From Planctomycetota bacterium (lineage in GTDB: Bacteria; Planctomycetota; MHYJ01; WSZJ01): 64,000 bases of DNA. The translations under genes were made by a program, and so were the position numbers. The stretch covers positions 64,001 to 128,000 of the forward strand of contig JBBTCT010000015.1 of NCBI GenBank assembly GCA_038060895.1. The letters are read 5' to 3'. Positions 30,612 through 40,868 of this stretch are shown here, piece after piece (within the stretch, counting starts at the first letter, position 1; the number at the start of each line of letters is the position of its first letter). The notes beneath the pieces were generated by a model. That model was not told the origin of the DNA, searched no databases, and worked only from the letters and a program-made list of their open reading frames with translations.

Positions 30612-31939
30612 TGCGCCGCTTCTTCAATCTCCCGAACGTAATCCTGCTGTCACTGGCGCTTGGGGTCCTGTTCGGGTGGATCGCCGGAAGCGCCGGGCTC
30701 CTCAAGGCGGGATTTCTTCTGGAGCTTCTTAAGCTCGGCGGCGACTTGTTCAAGAGCCTGATCTTCATGGTCATCGTGCCGCTGGTTTTCGTTTCGCTCA
30801 TCTGCGGGATGATGTCGATCGGCGACCTGCGAAAGCTCGGACGGGTGGCGGGCCGCACGCTGGTTCTCTACTTCATCACGGCTGCGCTCGCGTGCATCGT
30901 CGCGATCTTTCTGGTCAATGCGATCAAGCCCGGGCATGCGATCGCGAAGGAGACCCGCGACCGCATCGCGAAGGAGCACGAGGCGAAGCAGAAAGAGATC
31001 GTCGGCAAGATCAAGACCACAGAACACACGCCCTGGACATTCATCCGGGGGATCGTTCCGAACAACGTCTTCTCCGTGATGACCAGCAACTCGCAGATGC
31101 TCCCGGTGATCTTCTTCGCGCTTCTCTTCGGCCTGTGTGCGGCCATGATCGATTCGAAGCGCCGCGAGCACCTGGCGTACACGTTCGAGTCGCTGAGCCT
31201 CGTGATGGTGCGCATGATCCAGGCCGTGATGTTCACGGCGCCCGTGGGCGTTTTCTGCCTGATTGCCGTCGCGACGGCCTCGATCGGCATCGAGGTCGTG
31301 AAGGCCATGGCGCTTTACTGCGTCGTCGTGGTGCTCGCGCTGTCCATCCAGTTCTTCGTCGTGTACGGCGGGGTCATCCGGCTGCTGACGCGGCTTCGCT
31401 TCACCGACTTCGTCCGCGCCTGCCGCCCCGCGCTCGTCACCGCGTTCTCGACGTCCTCCAGCGCCGCTTCGCTCCCGGTCAACATGGAGTGCGTGAACAA
31501 GCGGCTCAACGTCTCGACGAGCGTGACGAGCTTCGTCCTGCCGATCGGGACGACGGTGAACATGGACGGCACGGCGATCATGCAGACGGTCGCGACGGTC
31601 TTCATCGCGCAGCTTTACGCAATTGATCTGACCGTCACGCAGCAGATCGGTGTCATTCTGACCGCGATGCTCGCAGCCGTCGGCACCGCCCCCGTTCCCG
31701 CCGCCGGCATCGCGATGCTCGTCATCATTCTCGAGCCTCTCGGCATCCCTCTGACGGGCATCGCCCTCATCTGGGCCGTCGACCGCCCTCTCGACATGTT
31801 GCGCACAGTCGTCAACGTCGTCGGGGACGGAGTCGCGGCGGCGGCGGTGGGGACGATGGAGGGGGAGGATGTGAAGTACGTGCCTGAAGAGGCCGCAGTC
31901 GGTTTTCAACTTCCTACCGGAGATTCCCAATACCCGTAG
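30611..31939 (+). CDS. Dicarboxylate/amino acid:cation symporter (GltP/DAACS)
   Basis: TAFSTSSSAASLP, LPIGTTVNMDGTA and DRPLDMLRTVVNVVGD. Confidence 0.95.
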   Translation: MRRFFNLPNVILLSLALGVLFGWIAGSAGLLKAGFLLELLKLGGDLFKSLIFMVIVPLVFVSLICGMMSIGDLRKLGRVAGRTLVLYFITAALACIVAIFLVNAIKPGHAIAKETRDRIAKEHEAKQKEIVGKIKTTEHTPWTFIRGIVPNNVFSVMTSNSQMLPVIFFALLFGLCAAMIDSKRREHLAYTFESLSLVMVRMIQAVMFTAPVGVFCLIAVATASIGIEVVKAMALYCVVVVLALSIQFFVVYGGVIRLLTRLRFTDFVRACRPALVTAFSTSSSAASLPVNMECVNKRLNVSTSVTSFVLPIGTTVNMDGTAIMQTVATVFIAQLYAIDLTVTQQIGVILTAMLAAVGTAPVPAAGIAMLVIILEPLGIPLTGIALIWAVDRPLDMLRTVVNVVGDGVAAAAVGTMEGEDVKYVPEEAAVGFQLPTGDSQYP

Positions 31940-32126
31940 CTGGAGAGGCCAATCGCCATGCGAAAACAAGCGGGCGTGTCAGGTCGGCACACAGGTCTAT
32001 GTCGTAGGTCGGGGCAGGAATGCTCCAGGCATTCATGGCCAGCCCGCCGATAAAGGCGTGGTTGATGCGGTTCGAGGACAACACCTCGGCCAGGCGACGA
32101 GCCTGGGAGAGGATGTCATCCTTCAT
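31914..32126 (-). pseudogene. Truncated nucleotidyltransferase-family protein (toxin-like)
   Basis: HAFIGGLAMNAW...TYDIDL is an N-terminal NTase motif; the ORF ends at 70 aa inside the convergent symporter gene. Confidence 0.6.
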
Positions 32127-32346
32127 GGCCGGCCCTGCGCGCTTCCTCGGCAGCCGCGAGCCCGCGGAGGAGAGCCTGCTTCGAAGCCTGACGAATGCGG
32201 TCTTCCGCAGTCAGGCGGCGGGCGCGCTCCTCCGGCGCAAGAACACTCAGCGCTCTCTCCGCCACATCCATGAGGGAGCGCATCTCAGCGAAGCGCTCCT
32301 TCGGCGACATCGCGCGGTACTGCGCCAGCATCGTGGAACTCATCAC
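32116..32346 (-). CDS. Small helical protein, putative antitoxin partner
   Basis: YRAMSPKERFAEMRSL; overlaps the NTase start; TAGAAT 8 nt upstream of GTG. Confidence 0.55.
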   Translation of the reverse strand: MMSSTMLAQYRAMSPKERFAEMRSLMDVAERALSVLAPEERARRLTAEDRIRQASKQALLRGLAAAEEARRAGHEG

Positions 32347-32412
32347 GCGCTGAAATTCTATCACGAACCGATGGCTTGCGGACGGCAGGGACCTGACCGC
32401 GGCGCCCCCTCC

Positions 32413-33522
32413 CTACTTCTTGAGATCCAGGCCGAACGTGTTGAGCGTGATCCGCTCGGGCTTCGCCGGCGTTCCCTTCGTCACCTCGTAGGCGATCGAC
32501 CGGGTGATGCCGTCCTCGTAGGTCATGTGAAGCGTCCAGGCGCGGATCGCATACGTTCCCCGGCCCTTTTGCGGATTCTCGCTGTTGAGACTCGACAGCA
32601 GCGCGAGGACCCCCTGCTCCTCGAACGTGCCGTCGGCGCGCAGGACAAGACGGTTGGGGTAGAAATTGTCCGGCCGGTCGAACGTCCCCTCCGGGCGCGT
32701 TCCGTCGACGGACGCCATCGGGAAGAACTCCCCGTGCGTCGACGGTTCGACGAGCTTCCCGTCGCCCTTCTCCAGCGTCATCGTGCTCCCCGGTTCCCAC
32801 GTGATCACCAGGCCCTTCTCCGTCTCCTCCACCTTCCCCAGGTAGTCCAGCTTCGCCAGCGGGTCGACGCTGTAGTCGAGCGTGTCGAGCCCGCGATCGG
32901 GCCACCCGTTGGCGGCGAGGCCGTTGTCGAAGAGCACGATGTGATCGATCCCGGACTTCCAGACGTACCCCTTGGACAGCGCGTCGTAGCGGTTGCGCAT
33001 CACGACGCCCGACCACGCGCTCTTTACCTTCGGCGCCGCCGCTCGCTTTCCCTCGTACGAGGCGTCCGCGAGGGACTTGTCCACGTCGGCGGCGTAGCGC
33101 TCGAAGAGTTTTTTCGTTTCTGCGACGAAGAGGACGCCCTGGATTTTCCTGCCGGCGCGGAGGGCGTAGATGCGCGTCCAGGACTTGCCGGCTGCGGACT
33201 TGATGCGACCGGTTCGGAGGACCCAATCGCCAAGCGCCGCAGTGTCGCCGCCGGAGATGAGCTCGCCGCCCTTGAGCATCCCGTCCCATTTCACTCCCAG
33301 CCAGTCGAGCGGCCTCGCGTCGACTTCCTCGGGCGGCAGGACCATCAAGGCGACCTTGCTGGCCGCGTCCGCCTCGTGCGGGATGAAAATAGCGGTCTTG
33401 CTCGCCGGGTCGTCCTGGCGGTCCCACTTCGCGGGGCGCGTGATCTTCAGCGCTCCGGCGGTCTCGGGATCGGCGGCGGCGACGGAAGCGAGGAGCGCGA
33501 TGAGCGCGGCGGCGAATCGCAT
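32413..33522 (-). CDS. Secreted hypothetical protein
   Basis: Signal MRFAAALIALLASVAAA, typical codon usage and TACGAT 6 nt before ATG. Confidence 0.8.
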   Translation of the reverse strand: MRFAAALIALLASVAAADPETAGALKITRPAKWDRQDDPASKTAIFIPHEADAASKVALMVLPPEEVDARPLDWLGVKWDGMLKGGELISGGDTAALGDWVLRTGRIKSAAGKSWTRIYALRAGRKIQGVLFVAETKKLFERYAADVDKSLADASYEGKRAAAPKVKSAWSGVVMRNRYDALSKGYVWKSGIDHIVLFDNGLAANGWPDRGLDTLDYSVDPLAKLDYLGKVEETEKGLVITWEPGSTMTLEKGDGKLVEPSTHGEFFPMASVDGTRPEGTFDRPDNFYPNRLVLRADGTFEEQGVLALLSSLNSENPQKGRGTYAIRAWTLHMTYEDGITRSIAYEVTKGTPAKPERITLNTFGLDLKK

Positions 33523-33618
33523 CGGCGCATCGTACCACCGGGGGAAAGAGCAAAGAAAGCCGGCAACCCCTCGGAATCTCGAAACGTCCTCGGCGCCGCG
33601 TGGGTCGAAGTCGGGCCG

Positions 33619-34431
33619 TTACTTAGTCTCGGCGACGACCTCCAGCACAAACGGCATGGGGCTCCGGAAGATCGCATCCACGTCCTTCCCCAACTCGAGC
33701 GGACAGGTGACGACGGCCCGTTCCAGACGCTTCTTCCCCTCGCACGTCGTGACCCTGAAATCGGTTACCAGGGCCACTCCGTCGTACACGAAGGCGGTAT
33801 CCCACCACGACATCAGCTTGGGCGCTTTCGGGTCGGGGTTGGTGAGGTCATAGAATCTCTTTGAAGTGGCCGGAGGGAGAATCCAGGTGCAGCACTCCTT
33901 CCCGTCGACCTTGCTGACCCCGGCCGTTCCGAAATCGGAGAAGGGGATGGCCGGCTGCTCCTCGAGCATTCGCGTCGCGCCGATGCGGCCGGCTCCTTCG
34001 CCCGTCGCCGACTCCGTGAAATCGGGGTTCGTGCAGTGAAACCACTTCAGGCCCTTCGGCGCCTTGTCTCTCGACGGTTCGAGCCAGGGACCGGGACCGA
34101 CTCCATCGCGGATCTCGTCGGGTGTGCGGTCGCGGCCCATGCGAAGCGAGGCCTCCTTCCCGGCGACGCGGGAGAGCCGCGCGACAATCTCGAGGCTGGC
34201 AGCGGGAAGTTTCGCGCTCGAAATGAGCTCCAGGACGGGCGTCTCCTCCCCATCAAGGACCTTGCCGGTAAGACCCTTGAGACCGCGCGCCTTGCCGCGC
34301 TTGAGCAGCGCCACCGAACAGGCCTGAAGATCCTCCTTCGTGGCGGACTTCGGGCCCTGAAAACGGATCGTTTCCTGGGCACTTGCGGAAATGGAAACAA
34401 CCAGCAGGAACAGGCCGACTTTCCGGATCAT
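33619..34431 (-). CDS. Secreted hypothetical protein, weak resemblance to SecD periplasmic domain
   Basis: Signal MIRKVGLFLLVVSISASAQ and EDLQACSVALLKR..GL. The SecD resemblance is tentative. Confidence 0.6.
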   Translation of the reverse strand: MIRKVGLFLLVVSISASAQETIRFQGPKSATKEDLQACSVALLKRGKARGLKGLTGKVLDGEETPVLELISSAKLPAASLEIVARLSRVAGKEASLRMGRDRTPDEIRDGVGPGPWLEPSRDKAPKGLKWFHCTNPDFTESATGEGAGRIGATRMLEEQPAIPFSDFGTAGVSKVDGKECCTWILPPATSKRFYDLTNPDPKAPKLMSWWDTAFVYDGVALVTDFRVTTCEGKKRLERAVVTCPLELGKDVDAIFRSPMPFVLEVVAETK

Positions 34432-34590
34432 GGCTCTTCTCCGCGTGAGGTCACTTTCCAGTTTAACTGCAGCTAGAAGGAGGAGGAATTTCGAAATCCT
34501 GCCGCCCATGCGTCAAAGGGGAAGGCGCGTGGACGGACTCGCGCTTGCAGGAGAGCCGATGCCGGGACTAGGATTCCTGGTCGGATTTCC

Positions 34591-36426
34591 ATGCAATCAC
34601 TCATTCACTTGATTCGACCGAGAGGCTGCCCGAGTCCCCTTCTCTGGGTCGCCATCCTGTCGATCTTGCCGGGCCTCGCGAACGCCCAGAGCCGCGGCGC
34701 TTCCCTGATTCCCGAAGACCGCCGCATGGACTGGAAGCCCGGCGTGCCGGGCGGGATCCCGGTGTACCCCGTATTCGCGAACGTCAAGGCGGCGCCGTAC
34801 AGCGCGAAGGGCGACGGCGCGGCCGACGACACTGCGGCGATCCAGAAGGCGCTGGACGACTGCCCGGAGGGGAAGGCGGTCTACCTGCCAGCGGGGACGT
34901 ACCGGCTCACCGCGACGCTCACGATCACGAAGGGAATCGTGCTGCGCGGCGAAGGGCCGGAGAAGACGCGGCTCATCAACGAGGCGACGGCGAGGCACGC
35001 GATAGCTGCGAGCAATTACGACAACGAGACGGTGACCAAGATCGTGAAGGGCTCTGCCCGGGGCTCGACATCCATCACCGTGGACGACGCGTCGCGCCTG
35101 CGAGCCGGGGATCTGCTGCTGATCGACCAGCTCAACGATCCTGACATCGTGAGCATCGAGGGCGAGGGCGGTACGTGCCGGTGGGCGGGGAGAGAGAACG
35201 GGAAGCGCGCGATGGGGCAGCTAGTCGAGCTCGTGAAGAAAGACGGCAACACGCTGACCCTGAGCCGACCGCTCGCGATCACCTTCAGTGAGTCGCTCGA
35301 GCCGCAGGCGCTGCGGACCTCGGACAAGGTCATTCGCCGTGCGGGGATCGAGGACCTGTATGTCGAGACGACGAAGCGGCGCACCGACGAGAGCAATACG
35401 ATCCGCTTCTGGAACGCGATGTACTGCTGGGTGAAGAACGTCGAGTCGAGCCGCTGCTGGTTCGACGGGCACGTCACGCTCAAGAAGTCGCTCGGCTGCG
35501 AGATCCGGGACAGCTACTTCCATCACGCGTACGCGTACGGCTCGGGGCACGGGTATGGCGTGCTCATCACGGCCCAGAGCACCGACACGCTCGTCGAGAA
35601 CAACACCTGTTATTACCTCAATACCGGTCCGCAGGCGGCATGCAGCGGCCCCGGCAACGTCATCGCCTACAACTTCCAGTACCAGACCTGGGGTCGCGAC
35701 TTCCCGGATACCGACTGGGCCCATATGGGCCTGAGCCAGCACGCCGCGCATCCCTTCCTCAATCTCTGGGAAGGCAACGTCGTCGGCACCGTCGGCTTCG
35801 ATTTCTACTGGGGCTCGTCCAGCCACAACACGCTTTTCCGCAACGCCGTCGACATGAAAAACCTGCGGATCGACGGCCGGCCGATGTCGCGCAACCTGTG
35901 CGGATTCCGCTTCGACAAGTTCAGCCGCTTCAACAATGCGATCGGCAACGTCCTGGGTTACGAGGGGATGAAGGGCGAATACGAGGCGGATGAAAGTTCT
36001 CCGCTGACCGTCCCGACGGTCTGGGTGCTGGGCATTCCAGACGACCCGAAGGTCGCCGCGACTCTTCTCCGCCACGGCAACTTTGACTGGGTCACGAAGC
36101 AGACGCAGTGGGACCCGAAGATCAAAGACCACAAACTGCCGGAGTCCCTCTACCTGCCCGCGAAGCCAGCGTGGTTCGGCAAGCTGCCGTGGCCGCCGAT
36201 CGGGCCGGACGCGAAGCCGATGTCCGGGACTATCCCGGCGCGAGAGCGCTGGCTCAGGATTCCCGCGGCGGAGCGGGAAGCGCAGGATCTTCTCTACCTC
36301 GGGGAGTTTCACCTGGCGGCGGGGAAGAGGGACGAGGCGCAAGCGGCCTTCAAGGAAGTGGTCGAGAAGTTCCCGGCGACGTCCTCCGCGCCGGCCGCCA
36401 GGACGCAGCTGGAAAAGCTGAAGTAG
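34591..36426 (+). CDS. Secreted right-handed beta-helix (pectate lyase 3/GH28-related) protein with C-terminal TPR-like segment
   Basis: YSAKGDGAADDTAAIQKAL, VYLPAGTY, IVLRGEG and Asn-ladder repeats; C-terminal AQAAFKEVVEKFP. Confidence 0.85.
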   Translation: MQSLIHLIRPRGCPSPLLWVAILSILPGLANAQSRGASLIPEDRRMDWKPGVPGGIPVYPVFANVKAAPYSAKGDGAADDTAAIQKALDDCPEGKAVYLPAGTYRLTATLTITKGIVLRGEGPEKTRLINEATARHAIAASNYDNETVTKIVKGSARGSTSITVDDASRLRAGDLLLIDQLNDPDIVSIEGEGGTCRWAGRENGKRAMGQLVELVKKDGNTLTLSRPLAITFSESLEPQALRTSDKVIRRAGIEDLYVETTKRRTDESNTIRFWNAMYCWVKNVESSRCWFDGHVTLKKSLGCEIRDSYFHHAYAYGSGHGYGVLITAQSTDTLVENNTCYYLNTGPQAACSGPGNVIAYNFQYQTWGRDFPDTDWAHMGLSQHAAHPFLNLWEGNVVGTVGFDFYWGSSSHNTLFRNAVDMKNLRIDGRPMSRNLCGFRFDKFSRFNNAIGNVLGYEGMKGEYEADESSPLTVPTVWVLGIPDDPKVAATLLRHGNFDWVTKQTQWDPKIKDHKLPESLYLPAKPAWFGKLPWPPIGPDAKPMSGTIPARERWLRIPAAEREAQDLLYLGEFHLAAGKRDEAQAAFKEVVEKFPATSSAPAARTQLEKLK

Positions 36427-36503
36427 CTGCGAGCTTGAAGGCCCTCGGTGCGTGGGGCTAGCATCGCGGAGGTGAAGCCCAACCCGCGCGCCTCGACGTC
36501 CGC

Positions 36504-39500
36504 ATGAACTCCCTCAGGCTCCGGCTGCTGGCCCTCGCGGTCGCTCTTCAGCGCGGCCTGATCGGCGCCGACGAAGCGGCGGAAGAAGTGCAGGCGCTCG
36601 ACGCGGGCGGTTCTTCCGTTCCTCAGATTCCCGAACGTCTCTCGGTACGACTGGGCGCCGGGACACTTCAGGAGTTGGAACGCGAGCTCCAGGCGACGGG
36701 CAAGGACGAGGGGGCGGCGTTCCGCATCGTCGCCGATAGCCTGCCGGCCTCGTCGGCGTGGCGCCGGCTGTGGGACGGCCCTGCGGCGGCCATGGAGGCA
36801 ACGCTGAGGGCGCTGTCGCGGTCGACGCCTCCACCGGGGACGCGGTCGGTTCTGCCGAAGGAGCGCTACCAGGTCCGGAAGGAACTTGCGCGCGGCGGCA
36901 TGGGGCGCGTGCTGGTGGCCATGGACAACCTCATGGGCCGCGAGGTGGCGATCAAGGAGATGCTGTCGCCCGACAACCGCGGGGTGCCGACGCGTCCCGC
37001 GACGCCGGGGAAATCTTCGGGGGCGGACTTTGAGCGCTTCCTGAGGGAAGCGAAAGTCACGGGGCAGCTCGAGCATCCGAACATCGTGCCGGTCTACGAA
37101 ATCGGGCAGAACCCTGACGGGACGGTCTTCTACGCGATGAAATATGTGCGTGGCCAGACATTCGCGGAAAGGCTGTGGCAGATCGGCCGCGACCCCGCGC
37201 TCAGGACCGCTGAGGACCGGATGAACGCGCGGATGTCGCTTCTCGACGCGTTCGTGCAGGTCTGCCACGCGGTGGCGTACGCGCATTCGCGCGGCGTGAT
37301 CAACCGGGACCTGAAGCCGGCGAACCTGATCCTGGGAGACTTCGGCGAGACGCTGGTGCTCGACTGGGGCCTCGCTCGCGTGGCGGGGCAGGAAGACAAG
37401 GCGGGGAGGGAGCTTCTCGACGCGACGGCGATGATGAGCGCGGGGCGCGCGGAGACGGAGGTCGCGGGAGGCTCGTCGAAGCTCACCGTGGACGGCGCGG
37501 TCTTCGGCACGCCGTCGTACATGCCGCCGGAGCAGGCGCGCGGCCGGATCGACGAGGTCGATGAGAAGAGCGACGTGTACGCGCTTGGCGGAATCCTCTA
37601 CGAGATCCTGACAGCGCATGCGCCGTACGAGGGCCCGAACGTCGGCGCCATCCTGCAATCGGTTCTCACGGTCGATCCGGTCCCCGTCCGCACGCACGAG
37701 CCGGAAGCGCCGAAGGAGCTGGCGGCGCTGGCGGCGAAGGCGATGGCGCGCGATCGGGCGCTGCGGTTGTCAAGCGCGAAGGCGCTGGCGGAAGAAGTGA
37801 AGGCGTTCCGGGACGGACGGGCGCTGGAGTCGTACCAGTACTCCCTCGGTGAGCAGTTCTCCCGCTTCCTTCGCAAGCATCGCGCGCTGGCCTCGGCGAT
37901 CGCAGCCGCCTTCGTGATTCTCGTCGCCGGCGTGTTCGTGTCGCTGTACTACGCGAAGCAGGCGGGAATCGAGTCGAGGCTGGCCCGCGCGGCAGAGCGC
38001 GATGCGAATGCGGCGCGCGACAAGGCGTCGCAGAAGGCGGAAGACGAGCGGCGTGCGCGCGAGGCGACGCAGAAGGCGCTGACCCGAGCGCAGGGGGAGC
38101 GGCTGGCCGCGCTCGCGAAGCCGCTCGCAAGCGAGTTCCCGGCCGCGGCGCTTCTCCTTTCCATGAGGGCCGCCGACACGGCTCCGGGACTGACGTCGAA
38201 CAATGCGCTCTACGAGTCGCTCCTCCATCTTTCGGAAGCGCGGCATTTCTTCTGGCACGACTGGGGCGGCCGCGACGCGGCGTGGAGCCCTGACAACCGG
38301 AGGCTGGCTACCTGCGGGAATGACTATCTGGTGCGGCTCTGGGATCTGTCGACCGGGACTGAGATTGCCCACTCGGATGCCCACGACGGCCCGGTCGCGG
38401 GCGTCGCGTTCAGCCCCGATGGCCGGCGTCTGCTCAGCTGGTCGGGAGACGGGACGGCCCGGTTGTGGGACGGCGAGACGCTTCGCCCCGTGGTCACGCT
38501 CGAGGGGCATACGCGCGGGATTGGCGGCGCGAAGTACTCCGCCGACGGCGCCGTCGTGCTCACCTGGTCCGGCGACGGGACGGCGCGCCTCTGGAGCCTG
38601 TCGTCCGGCACGAGCCTGGCTTTCCAGTGCGGAGCGAAAGAGCTTGAGGCCGACTTGTCCCCGGACGCCGGCCGCATCGTCGCGGCCGACGGAACCGGTC
38701 CGGCCCTCCTTTGGAACACGGCGGATCCTTCAACTCCGCGAGTCCTGGGAACCGACGGCCCTTCAGCCACCCTCGCGCGCTTCTCGCCCGACGGAAATTC
38801 CGTCGCGACATCGGGACCGGACGGCCAACTGCGGATCTGGGACGCCGCCACGGGCGCGGCGAAGAGCAGCTGGGCCATCCCCAACGCCGGGGGGGCACGC
38901 ACGCACATTTCCTGGCGGCCGGATGGGAAGCGGATCGTCTCGTGCGGCCGCGACGCCTTGATCGTGTTCCAGGATGCCGACGCCGGTGCGAACGCGGTGA
39001 CGCACAAGGGACCGTACCAGATGAGCTGGGGCGTGAGCCCCGACTGGACCCGCTTCGCCGCCAGCACCGAGCGGCACCAGGTCGAGGTCCACGCCGTCGC
39101 CGACGGCCGAAGGCTCGACGTCCTCGGGGCGCACGAGTACGGGATCAACGAAGTCCGCTTCAGCCCCGACGGAAAGCGCGTCGCGACGATTTCAGGCGAC
39201 CGGACCGCGATCGTGTGGGACGTGCGGCCGGGCCGCGAGACGCCGCTTCTCGATGCCTGCGCCGGCGGCCGGCTCCTGAGCCCGTGCCCCGATGGACGGA
39301 CGGGGCTCTTTCGGCTCGACCGCGAGGGCCACGTGGGCGTGCGGGACCTCGAGTCGGGGGAGACGCTGACGCGCTGGGAAGACACGCTGGACCAGCAGTG
39401 GATCAACGTCGAAGTGGATCCCCAGGGGAAGTTCGCGGCGATCGTGCGTTCGAAGGCCGGAATGGTGGAGCTGCGCGAGTTGCGCACGGGCCGGGTCGTC

Positions 39501-40562
39501 CGGCGGGTGGAGGTGGAGCCGGGCGCGCGGAATCATGCGACCTTCAATGTCTCCGGCACCTGTCTGTCCTGCATTGGAAACAACAGCCAGATCGTCGTCC
39601 TGCAGCTGCCGGGAGGCGAAACCATCGGGAACTTCCAGCACCCGAAGGGCGCGCACACCGTCGATACCTCTCCCGACGGGAAGACAACGTATACGACCCT
39701 GCCTCCCGCTGCCGTGATCATCGCGTGGGAAACGGCGACCGGGAAGGAGCTCGGCCGCTTCACGGGACACACCGGATGGACCCTCTCGGCCCGCGCCCTC
39801 CCCGACGGCCGCCACATCGTCTCGACCGCGGCCGACGCTTCGGTCCGCGTCTGGGACACGACGAAGCGCGCGCCGATCGCGATGGCGAATTGGCCGCGGA
39901 TCGAGGACATCACGGCCATTCCCAGTCCCGACGGCAACTGGATCGCGGTCTTCGTGGAGGCCGGGGAGGTCCGGCTGTTGAAGACCGAAGGGCTGCAGCA
40001 GCATCTCGTGTTGCCGTTTGTGACCTCGCCGAAGCGCCTCGGGTTCACAACCGACTCGACGCTCTGGCTCGCTCCGTACGCCGACGGAACGGTCCGCCGC
40101 ATTCCGCTCGACCTGCTCGCGGCGGCGAAGCGTGCGGTCCCGCGCGAGCTGCACCCCTCGGAACTGGCCCGCTACGAGGTCGGCGACGACGCGGAGCGGC
40201 TGGCGTACCAGGCTGGCTTTCTCAAGGCGCACCCCTCCGCCCTGTCCTCCCTGATGACCGCGATCCCTCTTGCCAGGGCGGGCAAGTTCGACGACGCCCT
40301 CGCGCATGCACGCCTCTCGAGCTCCATTCTCCCGCGCCACCCCGACATCCACATATTTGTCGCGGGCATCTTCGCGCAGGCAGCGGAGGGCGCCCCGGCC
40401 GGGAGCCCTCAGCGCCGCGAACGGGTCGACGAAGCGCTGGCGGAGTCTCGCCGGGCGCTCGAGCACGGAAAGTCGGTGAACGACATGCGAAACGAAATCG
40501 AGGAGCCGTCCGTGAAGGACGATCCCAGGTTTGAGGCGATGTTGAAGGAGTTCGCGAAGTAG
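36504..40562 (+). CDS. Ser/Thr kinase with TM helix, WD40 repeats and C-terminal TPR-like region
   Basis: ARGGMG, VAIK, NRDLKPAN, DWGLA, GTPSYMPPEQ and many FSPDG..D.T.RLWD repeats. Confidence 0.95.
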   Translation: MNSLRLRLLALAVALQRGLIGADEAAEEVQALDAGGSSVPQIPERLSVRLGAGTLQELERELQATGKDEGAAFRIVADSLPASSAWRRLWDGPAAAMEATLRALSRSTPPPGTRSVLPKERYQVRKELARGGMGRVLVAMDNLMGREVAIKEMLSPDNRGVPTRPATPGKSSGADFERFLREAKVTGQLEHPNIVPVYEIGQNPDGTVFYAMKYVRGQTFAERLWQIGRDPALRTAEDRMNARMSLLDAFVQVCHAVAYAHSRGVINRDLKPANLILGDFGETLVLDWGLARVAGQEDKAGRELLDATAMMSAGRAETEVAGGSSKLTVDGAVFGTPSYMPPEQARGRIDEVDEKSDVYALGGILYEILTAHAPYEGPNVGAILQSVLTVDPVPVRTHEPEAPKELAALAAKAMARDRALRLSSAKALAEEVKAFRDGRALESYQYSLGEQFSRFLRKHRALASAIAAAFVILVAGVFVSLYYAKQAGIESRLARAAERDANAARDKASQKAEDERRAREATQKALTRAQGERLAALAKPLASEFPAAALLLSMRAADTAPGLTSNNALYESLLHLSEARHFFWHDWGGRDAAWSPDNRRLATCGNDYLVRLWDLSTGTEIAHSDAHDGPVAGVAFSPDGRRLLSWSGDGTARLWDGETLRPVVTLEGHTRGIGGAKYSADGAVVLTWSGDGTARLWSLSSGTSLAFQCGAKELEADLSPDAGRIVAADGTGPALLWNTADPSTPRVLGTDGPSATLARFSPDGNSVATSGPDGQLRIWDAATGAAKSSWAIPNAGGARTHISWRPDGKRIVSCGRDALIVFQDADAGANAVTHKGPYQMSWGVSPDWTRFAASTERHQVEVHAVADGRRLDVLGAHEYGINEVRFSPDGKRVATISGDRTAIVWDVRPGRETPLLDACAGGRLLSPCPDGRTGLFRLDREGHVGVRDLESGETLTRWEDTLDQQWINVEVDPQGKFAAIVRSKAGMVELRELRTGRVVRRVEVEPGARNHATFNVSGTCLSCIGNNSQIVVLQLPGGETIGNFQHPKGAHTVDTSPDGKTTYTTLPPAAVIIAWETATGKELGRFTGHTGWTLSARALPDGRHIVSTAADASVRVWDTTKRAPIAMANWPRIEDITAIPSPDGNWIAVFVEAGEVRLLKTEGLQQHLVLPFVTSPKRLGFTTDSTLWLAPYADGTVRRIPLDLLAAAKRAVPRELHPSELARYEVGDDAERLAYQAGFLKAHPSALSSLMTAIPLARAGKFDDALAHARLSSSILPRHPDIHIFVAGIFAQAAEGAPAGSPQRRERVDEALAESRRALEHGKSVNDMRNEIEEPSVKDDPRFEAMLKEFAK

Positions 40563-40636
40563 TCAAGGGCGCGAAAGTTCCCGGGCACTCCTGGCCGATA
40601 GCCCTGTCGGACCTGAACCCCACACAGGAGCTTCCC

Positions 40637-40852
40637 ATGAACGGTCTCTTCGTCCTCTTTTCGGCCTTCACGAGCCTCGCGACGGGCGTGACCCACTCCA
40701 TGGACGGATTGGCGGGCGCCGCTTCGAACGACCGCGTCCATTCCCTCGTCCGCTCCCTGCCTGCCCCGGGCCATGCGGTGGCCTGCCGCCGCCCTTCCGG
40801 CCGCCGGACGCATCACCACGGCTCGGCGCGGCACCACAGCCGCACGCACTGA
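40637..40852 (+). CDS. Small protein with hydrophobic N-terminus and His/Arg-rich tail
   Basis: CAGGAG RBS 6 nt before ATG; fills the intergenic gap. Confidence 0.45.
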   Translation: MNGLFVLFSAFTSLATGVTHSMDGLAGAASNDRVHSLVRSLPAPGHAVACRRPSGRRTHHHGSARHHSRTH

Positions 40853-40868
40853 CGGAGCGTCAGACGTC

